This document shows positions 1-11,118 of a DNA stretch of 38,072 nt, one piece after another (positions within the stretch are counted from its first letter, which is position 1; every line of letters begins with the position of its first letter). The position numbers and the translations under genes are program-made. Origin of the DNA: Gonapodya sp. JEL0774 (Eukaryota); contig JADIIX010000177.1 in assembly GCA_027604505.1 (NCBI GenBank), positions 1 to 38,072 of the forward strand, written 5' to 3'. Under the pieces are notes generated by a model that was not told the origin of the DNA, did no database searches, and saw nothing but the letters and a program-made list of their open reading frames with translations.

Positions 1-68
1 CCATGCCTTGTCCCCTTGTCCCCCCAACTGCCTAACCCCCCATACCAGAAAAAAATAAAGAAGCGTTA

Positions 69-132
69 TACAGTAAAGTCTCAGACATCCAACGGATGCT
101 CCCGTCCGTTGGAGGTCTGAGAACCTACTGTG
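69..132. mobile_element. Minimal MITE-like hairpin (Tc1/mariner/pogo-type ends)
   Basis: Left arm acagtaaagtctcagacatccaacgga (70-96) matches the reverse complement of tccgttggaggtctgagaacctactgt (105-131) at 23/27 positions. Ends are CAGT...ACTG, with TA on the left and TG on the right. Confidence 0.55.
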
Positions 133-1547
133 TATCAACAGGTGAAGTCTCCATCCTACCACCCCCCGCCTCGGTGTATCCCACCTCTCCGCCTCCTCCA
201 TCTCTGTTATCGCCTGTTCCCCTTCCCCATTCCCTTCTCCCCCCGCCCCCGCCCACCGGCCCCCTTCCCCACCTTGGCCTCCAACACCGTCGCGAGGATG
301 AACATGATCCGAGGGTCGGCGGGGGACAGACGGAGCGAATAGATTTCAAGAAAGAAAGGTCTGCATAGGAGTTGACGTTGGCTTCGAGGAGCAGATGTCC
401 GTCCACCTTGGTCCTTGACCTCGTTTCCTCCCTCAAGTTTCATTACTTGAAACCACGATAACGTGGTCGACCAACCGAAACCTTGAACTTCCTGGACGTC
501 CCTATCGCTTTCGCTTTCCTCGATTGGGGCAACTTCTTTCGTTTGGAGTATCCAATCGTCCACATTCACACCGTAGCAGAGGCTCACAAACTTTGTCGGC
601 TCTCACGATATGTATCTTCATTTGTCTCTCGTTCATTTCCAAGGCATCCTCAGCATCTCGATCTCATTTCGTCGACTTGAACCGACACACCCCCTTCACG
701 TTCACCTTTGTCTTCGCAAACCAACGTCCTCAAGCGCATCCCCAAGAGTTTTCGTCGGAGGCTTTTCGAACAGCTTGAAGGCTCCAAGAGGCTCAGTCTG
801 TCCTTTCCAGTGATTCATGCCGGTGCTCAAGTCAAGGCTCACATGGGTTCCAGATCCTCGTCAAGACCTTCCCATCTTTTCGAATCTTCCTCCGATTTCA
901 GCGATGATTGGCAAACAGTCCCGAAAAAATCCCGAAATCTTTCAGGGGCAAATCTTCTCGAGCGATCAAGGTAGGACATCTTCAGGGTTTGCCGTCGTGG
1001 AATCTGGTGGGGGGGGGGGGGCGGGGGGGCAACACCTTTGTCTGACTTGATCAATCCGGACGTGAAGTCAGAATATACATACCTTCTCCAGTGTCTCTGT
1101 TTGAGTTCCATCACGATGGGCCAATGATGTTGGGATGGTGGTGGTGAACGATAGTAATAGAGAGGTTCCGCACCGAGTTTGAAGTATCCTTATAGGAATA
1201 ACATGGGAGATTAAGAGAGGATGGCTTAGGATTTTGGAGGTGCTTGGACACTTCTGTGAGGTTTGGGGTCAATGGGGGGGGTGCGTGCACATAGCACATG
1301 AGCAGGACACATAGCGCCACGCCACCACCTGTGGTCAAAACCGCACGAGATTTGCAAGATACATTTCAGTCAGTACAACGGATTAGACGTGTAGTTTCGG
1401 AGATATGAAACCGCTTTCGTGAGCTTTTGTGGTTTATGGTGTGTTGGGTACTTTGTCCCCTGACCCCTACAACATGCCGAGTTCCACTTGATGACAAGCC
1501 CAGCTATGAGACAGGCATGGCAAGGGAGTGAGTGAATTGGAAAGAGC

Positions 1548-1813
1548 GTGGTTTGATGACGGGGTATTTGTCTGGAGGGATGTGCCTGGGGCATAAGGCC
1601 TTTATGCCCCAGTTTTTTGACCACAGCAAACCTCACCATTCCACTCCCCACCATAAGGCACACTCCTCCAGAGAAGTACCGCGTCATTAAACCGCACCAT
1701 AATGAGGGTGGAGAAACTCTGACCAGTCTTGAGGTTTGCTGTGGTCTGATAGTGTGGGCCCACCCCCTTCTTCCCCCCACACATCCTGCAGACAAGTGCC
1801 CCGTAATCAAACC
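1548..1813. repeat. Cluster of interleaved inverted and direct repeats
   Basis: A ~40 bp unit occurs inverted at 1548-1587 and forward at 1656-1695 and ~1778-1813. A perfect 17 bp inverted pair lies at 1619-1635 / 1730-1746. An 11 bp-stem hairpin lies at 1586-1612. Confidence 0.8.
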
Positions 1814-2589
1814 TAACCTAATCCAATTACTCACTTGACAATCCATGGTCGCATGCTGGATTGTTCTGATACCAGTTGTCTTGTGAGACAGTCAATTTGG
1901 ATGCGGAGCCTCACTGCCACCTCGATCTGATTAGTTCTTCTATCTCCGTGAATACTTGTTGCACTCCATGGTAGTGAGGTGGGCACGTAAATTTGACAAG
2001 TACGACGTAAAATTTTGTCTTCGAAGGACCGCTAAAACTCCATTTCGACCCGATCCAACGCCAACTTTCTCTTGTGCCAAACAAGTGAACCCTAGAAAGC
2101 GGATTGCTCTATAGGAAGCGACCCCGTCTCCGAGTTGGTCACCATCAGTGTCGCTGGGATCCAGAGTCACGAAGAAGTCGTTCTCGGGGATTGGAGGACG
2201 CTTTTATCACCCCAAATGGAAATTTTTGTGCCTTTTGGCTCGCTGATGTGGGTTTGTTTTGTCCTTGACTCGTTCTTTCCCTTCAGAAGTGATTTTTGAA
2301 CCTCTCACATTCCATCCACATCACAGCTCCTCGCACCGCTTTCGCGGCATTTTTGCATTCTGGAGACGATATACAATGAGCTCTATGCTCCAAACCACCA
2401 GCGGGTTGCTCGCCTCCAATCATCCTTTCGGAAATGAAAGCCCCAAGTCCAACGAACGGTCAGCCACGAGGGTGAAAACTTTCCTCGTCAAATTTATCGG
2501 AAAATGAAAAAAATATTTTCTAAGCGAGTGTTCGCCGAGTGTTTGTCACAGTCAGAGGACGATTGGAAGCGTGTGGAAATCATACATAA

Positions 2590-3130
2590 GGTCGGAAAGA
2601 AGGGATGAGCCGCAAACGGCAGATCAGAAGCAGGAGAATGTAAGAGATAGGAGCAATGTATCAAGGGACAAACGAGAGAGGAGACGGGAGGGACAGGACA
2701 GTACAAGATGAGACGAACAACGGGCAAATTGCTGCCGACGGTAAATCGAGGAGAGGGGAAGTAAGAACGGGGAGAAGCATGGTGGGGTAGCAAGGAGGAA
2801 AGAAGCGAGGACGAGAGACGGAGAAACACAAATAAGGGAAGCAAGGACGAGGACGGGAAAGGTAAGGTCAAGGCAGGAGGTACGTCAGAAGCAAGTATGG
2901 GAGAAGCGAGGACAGGAAGAGCAAGACACATGAAGCACCGACGGGAGAAAGAAGGACGGGGACGGGATAAGAAAGGGCCGGGGAGGCGAGGACGGGAAAG
3001 TCAAGTACCGAATAAGCGACAACTGGAAATGCATGTAAGGGAGAACCGAGGACAGGAAAACATTTACGGAAGAAGCCAGGACACGGTAAGCACGTATGGG
3101 AGATCGCGAGGGCCGAGGACACGGGACGAG
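2590..3130 (+). repeat. Purine-rich degenerate tandem array (CGAGGACRGGAA-like core)
   Basis: Strong A/G skew on the + strand, with roughly 9-10 GAGGAC(A/G)GGA-like motifs. Longer unit examples: gcaagtatgggagaagcgaggacaggaa (~2891) and gcatgtaagggagaaccgaggacaggaa (~3031). Confidence 0.6.
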
Positions 3131-3872
3131 GTTTTTTTTTTGAAGGGACAAAGAGAGAAACAACTGTGAATGCAAGCACCGGTCAGGATGGAACCTTTCC
3201 AAGGAGAACTGCGGGATTTTGCGCCCGCCGCATGTTTATTTGTTTTGCCTGCTTGTACTCGTCTCGAGATGCCTTGAACACCGAGGCCTCACGTCACGTG
3301 TTCACTGAACTGAGGCAGGGAAAACGGAAGGACACCCTCCCTGAACTTGATCTATCAACATGTTGAGAACCACACTGGACTGTCTCGGGATCTCGTGTCC
3401 GACTTCCGAGTACTGGTGACAGGTCAAATGCTCGAGCCATTCTCGTGACTTGTGGCTTTGCCCTTGCCCTTGGACAAAGTGAACGAATCCACTTGCTACT
3501 GGAGATCGCAATGAATAGCCAACCATTCTCTCAACCCGTCTGGACGTGAGACAGAACCGACACAACGGTAACCACTGTCACGCGAGCAGTCCTGACACCG
3601 TCTCATCAAACCTCCTTGAAAGTTTCTCATAAGTCTAATGTGTTTCTCTGTCAGGTGCATTTACAAAAGGCCGGTACACCGATTTTGGTGGGTCATTCTC
3701 GGAAAGTACTCTTGGAAACCCATTTTGTTCTCGGATATACAGGCAAGGTGATGACTTTGAAACTTACTGTTACCGCGATCAAGATGACTACAAGTTTACT
3801 GTGAGCCCGTGCATGTCCATTACTCTGACGGCTCTTCGCTACCAATCCTGATACAACCAACACCTCAAAACC

Positions 3873-5310
3873 TCAAACAAGGTGTGCGGACGCTGTTGCT
3901 GTACCGGACATGAGCTTTCCAGCGCTGGAATTCGCTCCACTGGACGTTTTTCCGATCAGGGCTGGATGACCTAAAGCCAAGCGAGACCACTCGTCAAGGA
4001 CCATCATCGATGTCGCAACAGTGCGCTGCCACTCACTTTGTGCTGCATCCGCAAATTTTTTCAGCATGGTCATAAAGCTCTCTTGGGTATCTGAAATCTC
4101 GGTTATCGGGAATCAGCCAACCACGCCCGATCCCGACCGGACCACGCTGAAGTCGAAGTTGGTCGCTACAAAATTAAACAGAATCACATCTCGAATTTCT
4201 TAAATTGGTTGAAGACGCGGCAACACCAAGCTCGCCGTTCTTCTTTCCCTCGAGAACTTTGTTCAGGAGGGGCGCGAAATGAACGTCTCGGTGAACAGAA
4301 TGCTGGCAGCACTGAGAGCAATGACAATCGCCACCGCTGTTGGAATATGGACGATGGCGCGTTTGGGTTATTGATCACGAGTCGAAATTCAAGCTCAGGT
4401 TTCCGCCAGAGTAAGAATAAACTGCACGGGCAGAAATACTGTAGAGACAAACGTTGCTTTTGTGAGCATTGCAGTCTCTGATGCATTTCAATGAAATGAC
4501 CAATAGGATGTACTGTACGTACAAGCAAAGGATTGTCATCTGCAAAATACTCCCAGATCTTGCATAAGATCCACGCTCCCGTAGCATCGTGCCGCATTAA
4601 GACCTTCAGCAAATTTATCTTATGCGTTGTTTGTTGTTCCATGGAAGGTTCTGCAGCGGGTGCTTGCTCACCCCTTGATTGGCCCCCAACCCCGACGTGG
4701 CCACCACTTCCGCATTTGTAGTCATCAAATAAAACAGCGTGCCGTTTGTCGCGATCGATTTCTGCGTGTCCAAAACTTCCGAAAGGTCCCTTCCGTGAAC
4801 GAGATGGTGGCCATGGATTTTGGGTAGGTGTTGGTTCCCGATTGGGCGAAGTAGGGTGGGACGATCCAAGTGTCTCCTAAGCTTGGAAGATACCCAGGAC
4901 GAGTCGCGAAAGTGTACCCGCGAGCACTCTATGGGGCGTAAGCGTAAGTATGTACAAGCCAGTGGGGTGTTGCGATGTTGTTTGAATTTGCAACTCCCAT
5001 TGTCAGATTAATCATTGCCGAGTCTGTGGTGGTGTTCAAAAAATCGCTCTTTTTTCTTCGGTCTGATCACGAACCGGGCAGGACCATTGACACGTCTTGT
5101 TTGTGGTCTAATACACGAGCGCCCAGCCGGTGATCGGATTTCTAGGGTCATACACTTCTCGCAATGGAAAAGGAGACTTCAACAATCGTGGATAATCGCC
5201 AAAGCTGCCAGAGTTTGCAGTCAGGGCGGTCAGCCCTACAGCCTCCTGTGTGACGTTGTTCCAACAAGAAAATGCTCCGACCGGCACATTCAATGACGTG
5301 ATTGAATCCT
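3873..5310 (-). pseudogene. Disabled Cache-like / TM / HAMP-like membrane sensor gene
   Basis: Minus-strand fragments in order: VYDPRNPITGWALVY*TTNKTCQWSCP; LSEVLDTQKSIATNGTLFYLMTTNAEVVATSG; TM TAVAIVIALSAASILFTETFISRP (frameshift) LNKVLEG; ATNFDFSVVRSGSGVVG*FPITEISDTQESFMTMLKKFADAAQ; short tail to the stop at 3873. In-frame stops at 5108-5110 and 4113-4115 plus frameshifts. Confidence 0.6.
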
Positions 5311-5799
5311 TTAGGTACGGAACGAAGGTGCTGTGACCAGGGTATGGTGCATGACAGGGTTGGCGGTTTCATGAATTGCGGTCAGCGGAGAAGGAGCAAC
5401 GAATTTTCCGCCAGAATTTTCACTCAAAATCCCCGGACAGGATAGTCCCACGCCGTATTGGAGTTGCGATCATGAGTCCGGAATCCGAGTTATGTAATGC
5501 AAGGAGAAGAAGCGGTCAAAACAACTCAACAAACAAACAGAAAAGGCTGCGTCCACTGTCTGTAGCAAACAGGGCTCCTTTCAAAGTGCCCGGTGGGGAA
5601 CTTGGGCGTTATTTTAGTTCAGATTTGACTGCAGAGTGAACGCCACAGACCAAACCGGAGCCCTCAGGAACTGGGTACTTTTCCTATGATATTTGCAGTA
5701 ACTAAAGGATCCCTTTGTCATGCCTGTGACCTCACAGCGTCCCTCAGCCCACGCCACCCTTCACACAATCAACAATACAAAGATCATTCCCCGAATATC

Positions 5800-6477
5800 A
5801 TGTCACAGTCTGTGGAAACGTCTCCGAGCGACAAAAATCCTTCAGTGGCCCCTCCTGATCCAGCTAGTTCGCCCTCCCCTGCCCCCGACCCACCTTCCAA
5901 GTGGTGGTCTTCCTGGGGCAAACCTGTTGCTTCCGGATTGGTTGCCACCGCTGTTGTTACCGTCAGCCTTCCCCTTGCAGTCACGGCAGTAGGATTCACG
6001 AGCTCTGGAGTCGCTGCTGGTGAGTTTCTCTGGGGCGGATGAAATTGTTTGGTTTGTGTCTTTTTTGAGGGGAAGCTTGACCGCACCGCACTGGAAACCT
6101 GAACTCCTGCTATACATACCCTTTCAGGCAGTCTGGCAGCAGCATGGCAGTCGACCATGGGTGGCTATGTTGCCGCCGGCTCGATTTTTGCAATCCTTCA
6201 ATCGCTTGGTGCCACTGGTGCAATTGCCGTCGTCGCAGGCTGGGCTGGCGCCGCACTAGGTTTGGGGGTTGCCGCCATCGTCAAGCTTCTGCAAAATTTT
6301 GATGCGACGACGTCAAGTCGTGAGGAGCTGAAGCAACTTTCGCAACCTCTCCAGAAACTTGTGGCGGCTGCCGAAGCAAGCAGCGCCGTGAGGGAGTCCG
6401 ATTTAACGTGGATCAAGCAGAAGCTAGAAGCCGTTCAACGAGAAATCGAAGAAAGGCAGCGCACCGTTCCACGATGA
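5800..6477 (+). CDS. ISG12 (IFI6/IFI27)-family small membrane protein with C-terminal coiled coil; 2 exons (5800-6019, 6128-6477)
   Basis: The spliced product has the ISG12 motif AVGFTSSGVAAG|SLAAAWQSTMGGYVAAGSIFAILQSLGATG. Phase-1 GT-AG intron at 6020-6127. Confidence 0.85.
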
Positions 6478-8915
6478 GCAGAAGCACAACTGTACCGACT
6501 CAAAAGCTCGAAAGTGTTCGAAATATATACGTCCATTCTAATCACGATTGGGCTCCTGTGCGTTGATGGTTGAAGATGGTACTGCCGCCGCCAAACACTT
6601 ACTGAAACTTGCCGCACTGAGACAGCAACACTCTTACAGCCGGAAAGTAACCGAGAGGAGCAAATCAGACTCATTATAGACTCGGGTAGGTACTACGTTC
6701 TGGGCTCGAGGAACTCTGGCCAAGTCGTTCTGACGCGTCGGATTCTCGGTGCGACGTCACTCGAAGATGATGGTGGATGGGCCGGTTCTTGCGCCAGTAC
6801 TGCAAAGAAGAAGAGCTGTTTTCCGTGGCCCAAAGGACTCAGCAGTAAGCCCCGTTTGCCCCAGCAGACTCTCCTTGGACTGGGCAGGTCCACATCACAC
6901 CCGCAAACACTTGTCGTACGGGCACAGTCGCAAACAGCGCAGAGTCGAATTCAGCCAGTCTTTGTTCCACTACCCCAACTGCCCCCCTACGTTTATGCAA
7001 CACACCCACCCACCATTGCTGCACTGCCCATTTGCCCGTTCACATATCTTAAAACCACAACACACTCGTGTTCGCGGAGAAACCCGCGTCTCCTCAGCGT
7101 CGTCGTCCCGCCTCACAAAAGCGAGTTAAGAATCGGCGCCCGCACCTGCCACTATTCTCGACCACCACAACTCCGCGTCCGTGTCTCCCCACCACCTTCG
7201 GAGTGGCATGATCTGGCACAGATGAAGGTCCAGCAGGTGAGAGTGTGCTTCTTTCGTTTTATTTTTCTTGTCTCATTTCACCTCGAACCTCAGAACCTCT
7301 GATGCCCTTGGCCCACCCACCTCGCTGATTCCGCGCACAACGAATCTGTGCCCTACCCACTCCCTTCTCGTTCCGCTACCACTTCAAAACAAGTCAATCG
7401 TGGTACCAACATCCCAACTACCGCTGTTACCGCTCGCCCTTGCTTCCACCTATTTTGCCCCCGACGTGAACAGGAGATCGAGAAACGGGAAGTGGGCGGA
7501 GGAGCGGCGACACTCAGGGGAATCAAGGCCGGGTGCAAGGTGAGTCGACGACTTTTATAGGGAAGAGCAACGGCGGAATCCCCGCGCTCACGCAAGTGGG
7601 CGGGGACGTGTAACCGTCGCGGACCTGGCCTGCACGGAGGTAGGATTCGAGTACCGGTGACCAGCAGGCTTGCGAGGAGAGGGCTCGAGTTCAGAGAAGT
7701 GAAAATGGGACGGATGGTGCATTCTGGAAATACGGCAGCGGAAGTGCAGATTCGTTCTCCGTATTTGAACGCATTTGAGCAACACAAACTTTTTATCACT
7801 TCTCGTCTCGATCTTGCGGACTTGCCACGGGTTCTCTGAACCAACGTCTGGTCCAAGGCAAAGAACGGCGAAAGTGCCTTGTATTTTGAGTGACAAACCT
7901 GACCACACCGGCAGTCGTGGAAACTCACCATGTTGTGAGCGCGCCTGACTTCAAGAAGTGATGATAGGGACTGCGCGTTTCTCCCATGGAGCGCAGGTCT
8001 CCCCCCACTCCTTCGCTTACGCACCGTCGGGCAACCCCACCCCCGCCCTCTCTCCCTCGCCTAGGGCTCGGCCGGCGGAGGTGGGCAGAGAGGGAAGAGG
8101 ACCTCCAAGGCCCTGTCGCTTGGAAGGGAGGGGAAGAAGAAGAGAAGAGAAGGGAAACGAAGAAGAGAACGAAGAGATGATCGGGAACGCGACAACGTGG
8201 AGAACACATCAGGAAGATTTCGACAGACTCGTCCGACGCGTTTTGCGAGTTCCGGGTTCCTGGTTCGTGGCGAGTTTGTAGACATGTGCGCCAGGGAAGG
8301 AGAGGATGACCTGGATCGGGTGGTGGTGGGTGTTGGATGGGTCAAGTTTGCGATGGGAGGTGGGGTGAGCAGGTGGGCGGGGGAAGTCGAGCACGTACAC
8401 TGCGGCGGAACAAACTTGGGTTGTGAATACATTATGCATGTCGTGATCATTGCAGCGGCAAGAGCGGTTAGGCGATGAATCTGAGATTCTGTGCGGACTA
8501 AGTTGAGACGCGGTCCAAGGGTAGGGTAGCGCCGGAAATCGGCAGATCCGTCAGCAACTAACGCACACATGTAGAGCGTCTTTCCCGTGATCAATGGCTG
8601 TGTGAGTTGGCGACGTCGCTTGATCTTTGATCTGGACTTGATTATCTCTAGATTCTGTATGTATCCCCCTTTCATTCAAGCCAGTACAACATAACTGAAG
8701 TCAAAAAGACGGTGGGGAGTCGATGCGGCTGTCAACTCCTCCTGCAAAGTGTCAACTGGAAATCTCCGCCTCCGATATGATTTGTTTTTCTCACTCGCCG
8801 TGTAAGTATTCTGACGTTACATTTTTAACGGGTCACCAAACAACAACTTTCTCCCGATGTCAGTGCCTGATCTGCCATGATGGCAATGGTGGCGGGAAAA
8901 AATCAATCCACGGGC

Positions 8916-10220
8916 TCAAAGACAATTATTCCTTGAACCGACTCTGCATGTCTCCTTATGCGGCGTGTACTGATAGCAACCACATTCGGGACCCGAGCAT
9001 AGGGGAGCGGCAGCGGTGGCAGCTGCTAAGCCCTAGTACGCCCAAAAAAAAAATAATAAAAAAGGGAATGTGGATTCAAGATTTGAGGGTGTAGATCAGA
9101 AAATCTTGGGATGGCATGATGCGACGTACTTCAGAGCACGCTGCTCCCGCCGCAAATCCCGCCGCAGGATTTGCCGTGCCGACACCAACAGCAAGACCAG
9201 TGAGTGGACACACGAGGGCCAGAGCGGGTTGCCTTGCAAGATAAATCAATTTCAAGTTGAACGGCTTCTATGTCATGAAAGCAAATGTTCAGCCATCTCA
9301 CGCAATGGGCTTGAACAACAATTTGCATGCCAATGTATGTTCGCAACCCCAGATGTATCCTGCATGATTCTCGTCCGGAAACTTATGGCTTGGATTCTTG
9401 AGCTTGCATTCCTTCATTTCGGGTGTCAGAAGATCATCTATTGGGACTGTGGTAGGGGGGGCCGGAGCTGGCGGTGGATTCGCCGCAGGTGGTGGAGGAG
9501 TTGGGGCAGACGGAGGGGAACCGCCTCCCGTACAGCTTTGTGTGGACAAGCGCGCGTACAATGAAAATCCGATGTGTACAGGGCCGTCCCTACCCAAAAA
9601 AAACAGCCACGCTTTACGCACCTGAGGGCACCATTGTTCCACGAGTATCCTGCGTCACATGTGCATCCGCTCCCACTTTTCCAGTAGGAGTTGGGAGCGC
9701 AGCACTGGCCTTGGAACTTGGGGGTCCAGCCCGATCGGCATACGCAAGTTTGACTCTGTGCGTTGGGAACAGTCCCCCAAGGGCACGACGAGGCGTCGGG
9801 GATCTTGCCATAACAACTTGAAAATGGGCGTTTGGGAAACGAGAGGGCGGGAAAGAAAAAGAAATCGTAGTCAAAACAGTCGCTCGTTCTTGTGTGTCAG
9901 CCCACAATGCTCGCGGGGTGACCTCACGTATTACCGTTCCACTGCGTTCCACCATCGCACACGCATCCCTTGGCCGAGTCCCAATGGGAATTCGGACTGC
10001 AGCACTGGCCTTGTCCCGATGGTGTCCAACCTGTTTTGCACTTGCAAACGCTCCCGTTCCATTCGGTGCCCCAGGGACAGTCAGCCCTCTTTGCCAAGAC
10101 GCCGTGAGAAGACGACGGCGGAGTGTCCTGAGAGATACCTTGGTGCTGTATGGCAGCAGTCGCGCGGCACACGGTTGCCACGATGGCGATGGCGATTGAG
10201 ATTGACGCCAAAAGTTTCAT
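8916..10220 (-). CDS. Secreted Cys-rich protein: signal peptide, KR site, two Cys-rich repeats, Pro linker, Cys-flanked hydrophobic Gly/Ala domain; 5 exons
   Basis: MKLLASISIAIAIVATVCRA...LAKR; repeats CPWGTEWNGSVCKCKTGWTPSGQGQCCSPNSHWDSAKGCVCDGG and CPWGTVPNAQSQTCVCRSGWTPKFQGQCCAPNSYWKSGSGCTCDAG. Phase-compatible GT-AG introns (e.g. 9927-9817, 9621-9536). The last exon GLAAATAAAPLCSGPECGCYQYTPHKETCRVGSRNNCL* ends at 8916. Confidence 0.8.
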
Positions 10221-11118
10221 GGGTGGGTATGGAAAGTTGAGAATTCGTTGGTGTTGTGTCGCCTTTATTTATACTTTTCCACACACGATGTGGCTTTGGC
10301 GGGCCGGGTCTAAGGCTGGCCACAGGACTTTGCTGATATACAGACACATATATTAACAGTTGCTTTTTGTTGTTCACACAATGCAACAATCTTGATATAT
10401 TATTCCATATATGGATTTTGTTGGTGCCCCTGCCGCCGCCCTCGCCGCCCAGCAAGTTGCGCGAATCAAGGTCCATGCACCACGGCTGACATAATTCTGT
10501 ATTGTGCTGGCCGTACTCCTCCCCAGTTCATGTGCAGGGACGGACTGGGCTCCTCTGCTGGTCGAGTCTGCCATTATCATGGACAACACCAGAGACGTCA
10601 CCAGCCGTGTTGATCGTAGAAAATGTAAGAGTCCAAACATCTCCCAGAATATATGTCACACAGTCCAGATTTCTATTTTTTCTTTTCTTTTTCTTTTCCT
10701 TCCTTTTTTTTTTTGTTGGAAGAAATGCTCATTTTCATGCCGACGAAGTTCGGCATGATGCTCGTGTCCGTTCAGACCATCAGTTCTCCGCAGGTGTGCA
10801 GGCAGGCGGCCCTCAAGCTTTTTTTTTGCCGTTCGGACCGCTTAGGTTGACATACGACGTTGCGGGACCGACTGTTGGTGATCCGTTGGCATCATCCACA
10901 TGTCCACCGTCTATGCCAAGTTTGGAAACCTTTCTTGATGAAGTAGAGTCTCGTTCGTTATAGGTTATAGTTCTCTATTTCTAAACTTGGATTCTTGTAG
11001 TAAGTTTCCATTTTGCGCTCGTCATGTGCGTGAGATGCCTGGTGTTCAATAATTAAGCCCCGTTTTCCCGATTCCCGATTTCAAAATTATATAGATATCC
11101 CCGAGAATATATGCAACA

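Noticed and set aside
96..1340. Several short Pro/Gly-rich or charged ORFs, possibly a TE or gene remnant
   Set aside because: Low complexity, frequent stops, no recognisable motif and no consistent splice model.
4113..4115. In-frame TGA as possible selenocysteine
   Set aside because: The same gene also has an in-frame TAG and frameshifts, with no redox motif context; pseudogenisation is the simpler explanation.
7625..7700. TCGAATCC T-loop-like sequence on the minus strand (tRNA?)
   Set aside because: No cloverleaf stems could be formed.
6690..8700. Overlapping 100-220 aa ORFs on both strands
   Set aside because: No recognisable domain and no coherent exon chain; left unresolved.
10390..10965. 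Cys-containing short ORFs between the secreted and receptor genes
   Set aside because: No proper start or signal peptide and no consistent frame; at most a remnant.
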